Source: Naegleria gruberi (Eukaryota). Taken from it: a stretch of DNA of 64,000 nt. The position numbers and the translations under genes are program-made. This document shows, in pieces, positions 1 through 11,400 of this stretch (positions are counted from its first letter, which is position 1; every line of letters begins with the position of its first letter). Location of the stretch: the NCBI GenBank assembly GCA_000004985.1, contig GG738884.1; one strand, 5' to 3'. A model generated the notes under the pieces. The model made no database searches and was not told the origin of the DNA. It was given only the letters and a program-made list of their open reading frames with translations.

Positions 1-158
1 TATGATGACATTTTCATTATTGTTATTAAATAATATAAATTGAAGAGTTTGTGATTTGATGAAGAGAAAATAATATTTTGATTATAATAAAAGTATTGAA
101 TACATAAGTAACACAACAAGTGAAACAATAAAAATCTTGTTTGATCGGAAAAACCTAC

Positions 159-417
159 AAAGAGCATAGTAATTCTTTGGGCTAAGACTTGATGATCTCA
201 ACTCACTCAACATTTTAGCAGCGTGATCCAAAGCAGCATTTAAATTATTCTTGTCCAAACATCTGATCATTCTGTGAGCCTCAACCTCCACAACTTCCTT
301 GGCTTGATTCAAGTATTGGACTTGTCTCTCTTGAGGACTCATATTTTGAGTTCCTTGTTGAATATATTCCTCTTCATCGTCATCAACAGGAGGTTGATTA
401 TTGTAGTTGGAAGACAT
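159..417 (-). CDS. VPS35: Retromer subunit VPS35, first coding exon (partial; gene continues past the window start)
   Basis: Translation ...HRMIRCLDKNNLNAALDHAAKMLSELRSSSLSPKNYYAL matches the conserved VPS35 N-terminus ([36 protein letters not shown]). A GTAGGT donor follows ...CTT T at about 158. The rest of ORF 82..417 is hydrophobic junk from intron read-through. Confidence 0.6.
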
Positions 418-884
418 TTTTTTTACACTGTGATGATAAGAAGATTATATCCAAGTGGTCTCTAATGTGGTGTGGAAAAATCTTCTTGGTGGGTGGAATC
501 ATTTCTCCTATGAACAAGCCTCCCTTCATTGAATTTTTCAATATACTCTTCCATCACATTCACCATCATGATTGTGGCCTATTATTGTTGACCTGAGCAC
601 TGGAAATTGGCAATGGTTCATTCTGAAGATGATTCACACAAGAATAATATGTTTATTTGGTTATTTGACATTATTGTAGCCATGATAACAGGTAGGCCAT
701 TACAACATTTCATCTTACTCAGTAGTTGTTTTCACATTGATGAAGACAGCATCTCGTAAAAGTGGCTTCATTTGTTATTCATTCCTCTTTCAAAAATATG
801 TTGGTGAGCACTTGTGTTGTAAAGAACATATCTTGATTGTCAACCAAATATTTTAGAAAACTTGTTGAAAAAAAATACGTAAAA

Positions 885-1853
885 ATGGTACGTTATCTGT
901 GGGAATGGATCTTGTCTAACTAAAAACTCTTGCTAATAATTTTATTATTGCTTACTCCTTCTCTCTCTTCAATCACTCTATGATGTTAATATATTATGAT
1001 AACAATTATTATTGATGATGATTATATATAGGCCAGAGGACCAAGAAAGCACACCAAGAGAATTGCTGCTCCAAAGCACTGGATGATGTCCAAGTTGGGT
1101 GGTGTTTATGCACCAAAGCCAAAGCCAGGCGCTCACGCTGCTAGAGAATCATTGCCACTTTTGTTGTTGTTGAGAAACAGACTCAAGTATGCCGCTACTG
1201 CCAAGGAAGTTAACGTTATTTTGAAGCAAAGATTGGTCAAGGTTGACGGTTTGGTTAGAACTGATAAGAGCTATCCATCTGGTTTCAATGATGTCATCTC
1301 CATTGATAAGACCAACGAACACTTCAGACTTTTGTTCGATACCAAGGGTAGATTCGTCATTCACCCAATCTCTGAAAGAGAAGCCAACTATAAGCTCTGT
1401 AAGGTTACCAAGAGAGGTACTGCCACTCAAGGTGTTCCATACATCCAAACCAACGATGGTAGACTCATCAGATTCCCAGACCCATCCATCAAGGTCAATG
1501 ATACCGTTAAGGTTGATATTGAAACTGGTAAGGTCACCAAGTCTGTCCACTTCGAATCTGGAAACTTGTGTATGGTCACTGGTGGTCACAATCAAGGTCG
1601 TATTGGTGAAATCGTCAACAGAGAATTGCACCCTGGTTCCTTCGAAATTGTCCACGTTAAGGATATTGCTGGTAACAACTTCACCACTCGTGCCAACAAT
1701 GTTTTCGTTCTCGGTCAAGGACACTCCTCCATGATCACTCTTCCAAAGGGCAAGGGTTTGAAGTTGAACGTTGTTGAAGACAGAAAGAAGCAAATGAGAT
1801 TGGCCAAGAAGTCCAAGAAGGCTGGTCTTAAGAAGAAGACTGAATCCAAGTAA
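885..1853 (+). CDS. RPS4: 40S ribosomal protein S4 (eS4). Exon 1 is the start codon only (885..887), the intron is 888..1031, and exon 2 is 1032..1853.
   Basis: ORF 1083..1853 is a full eS4 homolog. The upstream frame reads [17 protein letters not shown], the canonical eS4 N-terminus minus its Met. The sequence is ATG|GTACGT at 885..893 and the acceptor is tatatag|GCC at 1031/1032. Codon usage is the high-expression type (TTG, AGA, GGT, AAG). Confidence 0.9.
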
Positions 1854-1966
1854 ATTCACTAAAACTATTTAAAATAAACAAAATTTCAAAAAACAATTAA
1901 ACATTTCTCTTTTTTTGAGTCAATTCTAGTTGCTTCTTGAAGTTGTTTAAGAAATACATCAAAAAA

Positions 1967-4468
1967 ATGGTCACATTGGCTTGCAAATCTTGGCTTTTAC
2001 CATTCATGAATGACAATTTAGAAGCGGCTGTGATGAAGAAACCTCTGGAGGAGTATCCCAAACCATCAAAGCAGAGAAATCTTGTTCAAGTTATAGATCA
2101 CAGTGAAAATTTACATTCCGAATCAGTTTCATTCAATGATCTCTATGTGTTACATCTTTCCGATGGGTTTCATTTTGTGACTGCCAAACTCTCTCCCAAA
2201 TCTATTAAGAGATTGTACAAGTAAGTTGAATTTTCAAGAGTAATCAGAATTAATCCTTTTCATCATTCAATTCCTTTATTAATATACTAAAAATCCATTA
2301 CGTTGTTAATACATTCATTGAAATGCAGACGATTTCCCAACTTTAAACCACTTTCCAAACTCAGAGGAGCCATCATTCGACTCGATGATTATTTCTTTGT
2401 GTTGGGAGGTCCCAATCGATCTCTGTGCTCCATTGTTGTTAACAAGTTTGATTATGTTGGAGCTGCATTGTCCGGAACTTTTCGATCTCCCTCTAACCTT
2501 TCTTCAACTCTCTCAAAACACTTTTCCTTCCAAAATCAACAATTAACCAGACTAAACAATCACCTTATTAATCCAAACAACCTCTTCCTTCAAAACAATC
2601 AAAAAAAACTCCATTCACCTCTTCGACCATTCGTTCCTGGAAGAAACTCAATTCTCAATCATCATACTGCTAGTAATAACAACATTGCTTCTCATTCAAA
2701 CAAAAGTAATTTCAACAACCCTCAAGATTCTCACCAACAAAAACAAACCTTCCCAAGCAATATTGTGAATAATAATACTGCAATTGCTCATCCTTTTCAT
2801 AATAACATCATTCAACCAACAATAACATCCTCATCAACAATGAACCAAGTGCAGAGCAATTTTTTCGCGCCATTTTTGAATGTTTTTAGTTCGACCCAAA
2901 AAACAAACGAAAAAATACCACAACATCAACCCTCTGCACCAATTTTGATAACGGAAGAATTGGACAAGACTAAAAGTGCATCAGGAATAGAGGTATTTCA
3001 TCATAACAAACAAGTAGAATTGTTGCAACAAGAACAACATCAAGGAGAGGAAATCATGGATCAACGAAAAGAATTGACCAAGGAGATTACGGTAAATCAT
3101 CACCATATGGAAGATGCACAATTATCACAAAATTCATTCTTTGTGGAGAATGTTGAAGATGCTTGTGAAATTCCAGCCTCTCAAATGGAACAATTAAAGA
3201 GGATGGAAATACCAGGATTTTCCAATGAAGAATCAATGATGGAAATTCCGATTCCTTCAACTCAACAACTTAAAGCACCAGAACCTTCGAATAGTGTTTC
3301 TTCAATTACTGTTACAGAGTTGGTATCGACATCGGTAACATTGCAAAGTGATAATACCGAAGAGGAATACACTCAAAGAAATGAATCACCATCATATGTG
3401 AGAGTGATATCCACCCCACATAAAAGAAGAACAATTACTGGGATACTGTCTCCAGATCTTGAAATTCCTTCGAGGATACCCCAAAAATTAGAAGTGACTC
3501 CTTCAATAATTCAATCACAAGAAATTACAAGTGACAATGACAGTGATGATGCTATGGAAGATGCTCCAGAAATAATACCCTTCTCCTACAGAAGTGGCTC
3601 TGTATTTTCCCCTTCAAGATATAAGAACATGGCTCCTCCTATAGTCTATCTTCACAGTCAAAATTTCCATACTCAAAAGGCTCCAAGCACTCCTTTACAA
3701 TCCTCTTCAATTAATAATAATAATACTTCTGCTGCCAAAGTTGCTTCAAATCAGAACACATTAGAGATTAAAGAAACACCAGTAAAGGACATTGACGAAT
3801 TTCAAGATCTCATAAATCGAAGGAATAATAGAATAGAAGATGAATCATTTGATTCCTCTGAGGATGAAAATGAAAAGTATGAGGCCTACATGAATAGATC
3901 ACTATTCAGAAATCCTTTACATTTGGAGGAGCATGCCTTCAAGAAGCTTGAACAACGTGCATTACCTCATCATAAAAAAATTATTCAAGCTAGGGAGAGA
4001 AGAAGACAGGAAGAGGATCAAAGGTCAAGAACTATTACAACTATTGAGGTAGAAACTGATATTGAAATAACACCAGACACCATGCTGGAAATACTGAAGG
4101 ATCCACCACTTGAAAGTAGAAAGAGACAAATTATTGAGGAAAAACCAAAAGATAATTTGAAAAAACAAAAAACCAATCCTTCACAATCCTCTCCAAACAC
4201 CACAAGTAGTAGTGAAACAGTTACAAAAAATCCTACACAAAAAGTCCTCTCCTCTTCAAGCACTACTACAAAAATTCAGGATTCTCCAAAACCTGTACAG
4301 ACACAACCAAAACCACAAGAATCTTCAAAAACAGTACTGCAGACACAACCAGTATCACAAGCTCAATTACAACAATCATCCAACCAATCAACTAAACGAA
4401 TCGAAAAGAAACCAACTGAAAAACCTAGGAAAAAAGCAAATTATAGCAATTGGTCTGCCTTTTTGTAA
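1967..4468 (+). CDS. RPA70N-like OB-fold N-terminal domain protein with a ~650-aa N/Q/S-rich disordered tail. Exons are 1967..2220 and 2329..4468.
   Basis: GTAAGT donor at 2221 and acceptor aaatgcag at 2328 restore the frame (AA + A). The spliced N-terminus KPSKQRNLVQVIDHSENL...LYVLHLSDGFHFVTAKLSPKSIKRLYKRFPNFKPLSKLRGAIIRLDDYFFVL resembles the RPA70 N-terminal OB fold. No DBD-A/B/C or zinc ribbon follows, only low-complexity sequence. Confidence 0.5.
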
Positions 4469-4473
4469 AATAT

Positions 4474-5504
4474 TTATTTCTTCTTTTTACTAGATACTGG
4501 CCTAGAGCTTGATTGTTTTTGTTTTTGTTGTGACGTTGTTGCCAATACTTTCTTTCTTCTCTGTTCAAGAATGGTTTCTCTTTGCTTTTCCTTTTCTTCC
4601 TCTTCGTCCAGTTTTGATTTGATTGAGAGAGGAAGCCAATTATCCAATTCTTGAACTAGGAGGGCATCTCGTTTTCGTTCTGCTTCAATTTCTTGCATCT
4701 TTAATCTTTTATAGAACTCATCATTTTCTTCCAGTAAGGTTCTTGATGTTTTGCTAAGAGTTTCACACAATCTGTCTCCACTGTTGTTTTTCAAGTTCAT
4801 GATTGGTGAATTCATTTGAAATCTTATCTAAAGACTTACTTTGGGTGAATATATTTTGGGTGATCCGAGTGAACACTCAGAACAGGAGGGTACATTACAT
4901 TCGATGCAGTGGCCCTACTTAAATCATGTCCAGAAAATACTGATGGCCTCTGATTAATATTATTCTTTTTTCTTCCCATGAATTGTTCCAAAGCTACTTC
5001 AGTTCCTCTTTTTTGTTCAACTCGTTTACCACTCTCATCATAAACCTTCTTTGGTTTTGGAACTCCAAATAAATGGTCTAACTCGGTCTTGTTATTTACA
5101 TGATCTAGTAAACACAATTGAAGATCAAAATTGATCATCATTCTCAATTAAAACCTACCTGGAAACATTGCCTTTCTCTTCACTTTAATTTCCTCAGTTG
5201 TTGGTCCATCAATCATCTTTTTCCTCACACTTTTATATTCTGGTTGTGGTTCACTTAATACTCTTATTTGTGGTTTATATTCAAATTCACTTGTTGGTTC
5301 TTGCAGAGGGTAATGTTTTCGGATACTATCACCATGAGTTATCCTTGGAAATTCACTTGTATAGAATGTTGAAAATCCCTTCCCCAAAGTTTCCGTCGTT
5401 GCTGTTGTATCATTATTCAAATAGGTTCTCTTCTGTCCGTACATCCAATGATTAGGAGAGGATCCGACAATTCCCTCTAATCCACCCGAGAAATTACTAG
5501 TCAT
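4474..5504 (-). CDS. Hypothetical protein with a C-terminal charged coiled-coil (~305 aa). Three exons: 5504..5159, 5104..4840, 4780..4474.
   Basis: Three consecutive minus-strand ORFs join in frame through a 54-nt intron (GTAGGT...ttactag) and a 59-nt intron (GTAAGT...aacaacag). The C-terminal tail is rich in E/K/R heptads. Product not recognised. Confidence 0.45.
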
Positions 5505-6109
5505 GCTTATTTTTTTCTAAGTAAGATTTTAAAAAACTGTAAAATTTTAAATTGGCGCCAAAATTAATGGGTCTTGGTGTTCTTAACGTTTTTACTGAAT
5601 TTATTAGTTTTTTCAATTTTATTTAATAATTCCTTATTTAGTAGCTATGTTATTTTTCAAAATTATTTTTTACTTTCATAACCAGCTACCAATCCAGAAA
5701 CTACTGTCTTGGATGGTTGTGGTTGTGGAGGGCATGCATGAATTTTCAATGTAGTACCAGTAACTGTGTGAGTAGTGACAGGTGGCACACCAGCACTTGT
5801 TGGTGGAATAGAATTATCTTGTTGTTGAGACATTTGGCTTGATGATGTTGAATAGTTTTTTTATGCTTGTTTCTTTGAAGCGAATCCAACTTGAGTGAAA
5901 TAGTCAATTTCGTTCCTTTTTATTCCTTTTGATTTTTGATGCAACCTTTCCTATGGTTGATCATATTTTAGCCGAAACCAATTTATTGTTTTCAACAACC
6001 ATTTTTTATTAAGGAGGAACAATGAACTAAGTAAATTGTTTACAACAACAAAATTAATAAAATTATTACACAAAAAAAAACAACAATATTTTTTCCTTTC
6101 AATTATTCA

Positions 6110-6985
6110 ATGAATCAACTAATACCAATTCCCATTCTTTCATTCAAAAATCTCTCCACAGAACAATTAAAACAATTTTTCCTCGATTCACAGCCTGTGA
6201 TTATTCGAGGAATCTCCGAGAATCAGATTTTCTCTCATGTTATGGAATGGTCATTGGATGATCTTTTGAAAAAGGTTCCAAATGTTGAATTTCCAATTAC
6301 TTATCGTGGTGAGGATAGTCATGTGGTTGGAGCTGAATCTGTTTCCAAGATGAAACTTGGAGAATTTATTGGAAAGTGTAGTGAGATTAAATCAGCAGAG
6401 TTGGAGAAGAAATCTTGTATTCGATACTACTTGTCAGGAAGTAATTTATTGGAAGATCTGAATGGGGATAATGCGAATGATGAACTAGTTCAAATAAGAA
6501 ATGAAACTTTGCAATTTAAACAATTTATTGAGGAAAAATTATCAGAAACTAAACGATTGTCCTCTTTAGGATTTTGGATTGGTTTGGATGGACAGAAAAC
6601 TCATCTCCACTTTGATTGTGTAAATAATCTCATGTTGCAAATTAGAGGAAGAAAGACTTTTCTACTAGTTTCTCCCCATAATCATTTGAAACTTAATTTA
6701 CATTCGTATAAATCGTCGAAAGGTCAAGATATGGATGGAGAAATTTACCGATTCTCTCAGTATGATATCTTCAATACGGAAATTCCAAAAGTTGAAATAT
6801 TTAAAGGAACAATTGAAAGAGGAGATTGCATTTTGATTCCTTTAGGTTGGTTTCATGCAGTTTATTCTGAAGGAGAGGAAACAAATTATGGATCTTACAA
6901 TATTGCCTTAAACGCATTTTGGAATGCAACTGAGAGTGAATGGGATACATGGAAACATTTAAAACTATTCAGAAATAATTATTAA
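6110..6985 (+). CDS. JmjC/cupin-like 2-oxoglutarate/Fe(II) hydroxylase domain protein
   Basis: Single ORF of 291 aa. The metal-binding triad HxD...H is present (GQKTHLHFDCVNNLMLQIRGRKTFLLVSP ... WFHAVYS), as is typical of JmjC/HSPBAP1-like proteins. Confidence 0.75.
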   Translation: MNQLIPIPILSFKNLSTEQLKQFFLDSQPVIIRGISENQIFSHVMEWSLDDLLKKVPNVEFPITYRGEDSHVVGAESVSKMKLGEFIGKCSEIKSAELEKKSCIRYYLSGSNLLEDLNGDNANDELVQIRNETLQFKQFIEEKLSETKRLSSLGFWIGLDGQKTHLHFDCVNNLMLQIRGRKTFLLVSPHNHLKLNLHSYKSSKGQDMDGEIYRFSQYDIFNTEIPKVEIFKGTIERGDCILIPLGWFHAVYSEGEETNYGSYNIALNAFWNATESEWDTWKHLKLFRNNY

Positions 6986-7326
6986 TTTGTTTTTTTGGAC
7001 ATGTGACAGTCTTTAGAATTTAACAGAATGAAATTTCAAATGGGATGGACTATGTATGATTGAATATTCGTGTAATAGTTGTGTCCAATCTTTTGCAGAT
7101 TATGCTTTTGGATTAAGGTGTTGTATAAAAATTCGTCCAGTTTCGAATATACTTTCGCACTGTAAGAAATAATTACATCTTATATAATTGTAAAGGAAAA
7201 GGATTGTAATCAACACAATCCGTAACCTCCAAACTTCCAAAATTCACACAGTGGAACGTCAATGCAAAAACTTTCTAATCACAAATCATTTCGAATAAAA
7301 AAAAAACTCTTTCAACAAGTGAACCG

Positions 7327-8326
7327 ATGAAAAATCGCTCCACAATCCTTCTCACCACTCTTCTGGTTCTCCTTTCTGTTGTTTTTCAACAAGTCAACCT
7401 TGCAACTGGTCAAACATTTAAAAATTGTTATAGACATTCGACAGGTAAACAAATTGAATGGACCATTGATGACACAAACAATGAATTCAGAGCTCTAGTT
7501 ACATTACCTAACGCTAAAGGTTGGGGAGCTTTTGGTTTAAAGACAACTTCTGCTGGTATGACTGGAGCTACCATTGTGATGGCATATTTAGGTTCGAATA
7601 ATGTTACAACGAATATTAATGAAGTAAGTTGATTGTTTGGTTCTCTATCGCATTAACCACCTTGAAAATTCTCCTTTTATTCAACTGCATATTTCACATC
7701 CATGATGGTGATGATAATGATGAATTTTTATTCGAAACTAAAAGTATTATGCTGCTTCGACTACTATTCCAACAAGAATTAAAGCAACAGGCACAACGTC
7801 ATTCACTAACTTTTTCGTTAATGCAGCCATGAATTATACTGGAAATAATTTATATATCCATGTTGTGAGAAGAATGACTCGACCATCCAATGCACCATCA
7901 ACCTATTTCCAATTCACTGGAAAGAGTACAAGTTATGATTTGCTGTTTGCTCTCCACTCTTCCACAAAGCCAAAGAGTGCTGATTCTTTCTTTCAACATT
8001 CTGAAACACTTCACTTGCAACCATTCACATTTTACACACAACAAAATTATTCAATCAATTGTAATGCCACACCAGCAAGGAATATTCCAGTGTTACCTTC
8101 TACCCCACCTCCACCTGCTCCAACTCCTGTTACTAATACTACCAATGGAACAACACCAGTAACATCAACATCAACAACAACAAATTCAACACGTAACAAT
8201 AATACTGCAGTTTCATCATCTTGGAGTATTCACCAAAATGGTGAAAATAGTTTTATTGGAAATTCATTCAAGTGGATTTGCTTTATTGCCTGTTTTGTTA
8301 CCATGTACATTATGAGAAATGATTAG
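7327..8326 (+). CDS. Secreted or GPI-anchored DOMON-domain protein with an S/T/P-rich stalk. Two exons, about 7327..7623 and 7827..8326.
   Basis: There is an N-terminal signal peptide. DOMON-like motifs (EWTIDDTNNEFRALVTLPNAKGWGAFGL ... MTGATIVMAYLG ... LYIHVVRR ... YDLLFALHSS) are followed by a PAPTPVTNTTNGTT stalk and a C-terminal hydrophobic tail. A GTAAGT donor lies at 7624, with a cactaac branch-like element and a cag acceptor ending at 7826. The junction is off by 1 nt (see findings). Confidence 0.55.
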
Positions 8327-8400
8327 ACTATTTTCCTCAAGAAACAATTTTGTAATTTTAGTGAGATTAAAAATAATTCATTCTTTTATTTTCAATGTAA

Positions 8401-11400
8401 TTAATTAGTGCCCCCTCCAACATTATTACTGGAATTATTATTCTTTGATATATATTGATATTCTAATTGGTCACTATCCTTAGATAAATTAGAGTCTGGA
8501 TAACTTTGCTTTTCAGTATTATGAATGTTATGATTACTATTATTATTACTATTTTGTTGAGGGTCATCTTGGCTAACTACATGACCTGCCACCTCGTCTT
8601 CACTTACAACTGCACAAGCATGGTGATGAGCTTTCATCATGTAGGTTGTACATAAGCCTTTTCCTTTCACTTCAACCATTCTTTCTTCAAATTCAAAACC
8701 TAAATCATAAACTCTTTCGTAGGTTGATCGAGAACAGTGGATTCTACCGCCTAAACTTGTACTTTCCATTCTTGAGGCCATATTAATGGTATCACCCCAC
8801 AAATCATAAGCAAACTTCTTGGTACCAATAACACCAGCAACTACACCTCCTGTATTAATACCAACACGAACATTGATTTGATGTCCAAGTGCTTGACGAT
8901 TCTCCAAGTTATAATTTCTCAATACTGCGAAAATATCCATTGCAAATCTGAGAGTTCTTTCAGGGTGATCTGATTGAGTATTACCAATACCACCAACACA
9001 AAAGTAAGCATCACCAATGGTCTTGATCTTTTCCAATTGATACTTGTCTGTGAGTGAGTCAAAACCATTGACCACAGAGTTCAACATCATGACAATTTCA
9101 GTTGGTGTAAGACAACTACTAATAGATGTAAATCCAACCATATCAGAGAAGAAACATGTAATATCATTGAACTTTTCAGCAATGAATGTTTCACCTGATT
9201 TGAGTCTATTGGCAACAGCTTCAGGAAGGATTGAACGAAGGAGATTTTCCGACTTTTTCTTTTCTTCTGCCAACAGGGCATTTTGTTTCTTCTCTGAAGT
9301 GACATCCTTAATAAAGCAAGTGACAACAGGCTTGTTATCAAAGAGTGTTGAGAACAAGTTAATCTTGGCAGGGAATTTGGTATTATTCTTTCTGATACAT
9401 TCCACTTCAATAGTTTCTCCTTGAGCATCAGCATTGGTATTATCCTTTGATGCCTTAATCAAATCATCAATAACTTTACCAAGTGTATCTCTGTTAGAGG
9501 AGTCAAACAAATTGAATAATGGCAAACCAACAAAATCAGTTTGCTTACAGCCAAACATTCTCTGGGCTGCTGGATTAAAAATTTCAATATCACCACGATG
9601 GCTACACAACACGGCACCATCAACAGCAGCATTAAGAATATTCTTCACTTTGGAATCATCATTCTTGGCATTTTCCTTTGTTTCTCTATTCTTGAACATT
9701 GTAATTCTTGAAGGTAATGTATGGTACATGATAAAGTTTCTCATTGTTTCTTCAGAGTCCATCAAATCCAAAGGAATGTAATTGAACATAATTCTCACAT
9801 GGAAAACATTATTCCAATGTGAATCAAATATATTGTAAAGAGCAAAGGAGAATACTAACAACAGCACCGCCCCAACTAGTGAAAAGGCAATAACATATGA
9901 CACTGAAGTTACAGAGAATACTGAAATTAATGTATCCAAGAATACTAACAAACGATCAGTCAGAGCATCTGCCAACACATAGGTTTGCACTTGATTGGAG
10001 AAGAGTTTGAAAGTGGCTGATTTCATTGCAAAAATGTCAGCAGTATTTTCAGATGAAAGTTGAGCATAGATTTCAATCAAATGTTCCAAACCCTTGCATG
10101 AATAAATAGTAGAGTTTGATGTGCAGTTTGTGTCTTGCACCATTGAATCAATCTTTGTAGAGATACCAACACTTGGTAACTTGTTATCTTCAACATTACC
10201 ATAGGCCAGATTATTCCAGCTTGAAACAAGATTTGTTGTGAGTGTTTTCATTTCAGTCTTGTAAGAAATAACATCAGATCCTTCCTTTGATAACTGAGGA
10301 TCATTAATAGCAAGTCCACTTGGTAAGGAAATGTAATTAAATAATTCACCAACGTTGAATGTTGTTCTTTGAATGGATGAGAGAGCTGTTGTTGCTTCCT
10401 TAATATTTAACATGGTACGGTGGGTAGAAATGGTATTGAATGAAGATTCCATGTAGAACATTCCTGAGCACAGAATTGTCACACCCACAATACACAAACC
10501 AATGAGAGCAGCACTCATGTACGGTTTTAGAATTCTCTTTGGTAATTGAATAGAGGCATCATCCACTTCAGATTGCTTTCCTAGGTTATGGTAAATCTTA
10601 CCAATAACATCTTTAGGTACATTCTTTTCCAAGAGTTTAACAAATGTCTTGAGGGAAGAAAAGCTAATTGTTACATAAACCACATAGACAATAGTAAGGA
10701 CACCATAAAGTGAATTGGATGCTAAAAAGTAAATGAAAAAGCTTTGGTCAAGTACTTCCGTTTTTTGTTGAGTTCTGGAAATAAAACTTTGACAAAAAAC
10801 ATCAAAGGCCCCTTGGAATGCATCTTGGTTCAACCACAAGAACATGAATGGATATGAACTGAGCGTGCTATTGTACTCATTTGGTGAGAGGCCTTCAAAA
10901 TATTCTATGTGTTTCATCATTGAGTAGACCATTTGGGAAATCGAGACATTACTTGGGTTAGTATTATTAAAGATACCCAAATCGTTTGGATTTTCAACGT
11001 TTGGAACAACAATTTGCCTGCTAACAGAAATATAATCAGAGTACATCTCTGGTGTGAATAAACCTTTTTGACCCATTACCCTAAGGTCATCAATGAATTG
11101 CTTTGCTTTTGATAACTTTCCTTTCAGCTTGGCAATGAACTCTTCAGTGCTGCTCATATCGAGAGTATGTAATAATTTTAGATTTTCAGATGGGCTGTTC
11201 TTGTAGAGATTCAAGTAGGTTTGTTGTAAACGAATATCTCTCAATGCAAGAAGAGGGACCATTCTTGGCTTGCATGCACTTTGCACTGCCTTAATATCAC
11301 TTAATACCAAGCTTGAAATAACAGAGTCCCATATTATACCTGATGCCAATAGTAAGAAAGAAGCAATAACGAAAATTAAAAAGGAAAGTAGCTGAACATT

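Noticed and set aside
1149-1859. 236-aa minus-strand ORF antisense to RPS4 (and similar antisense ORFs 1243..1734, 9044..9434, 18051..18909, 44971..45453, 56716..57146)
   Set aside because: They overlap well-supported genes on the opposite strand and have odd, repetitive composition. They are typical shadow ORFs of codon-biased genes.
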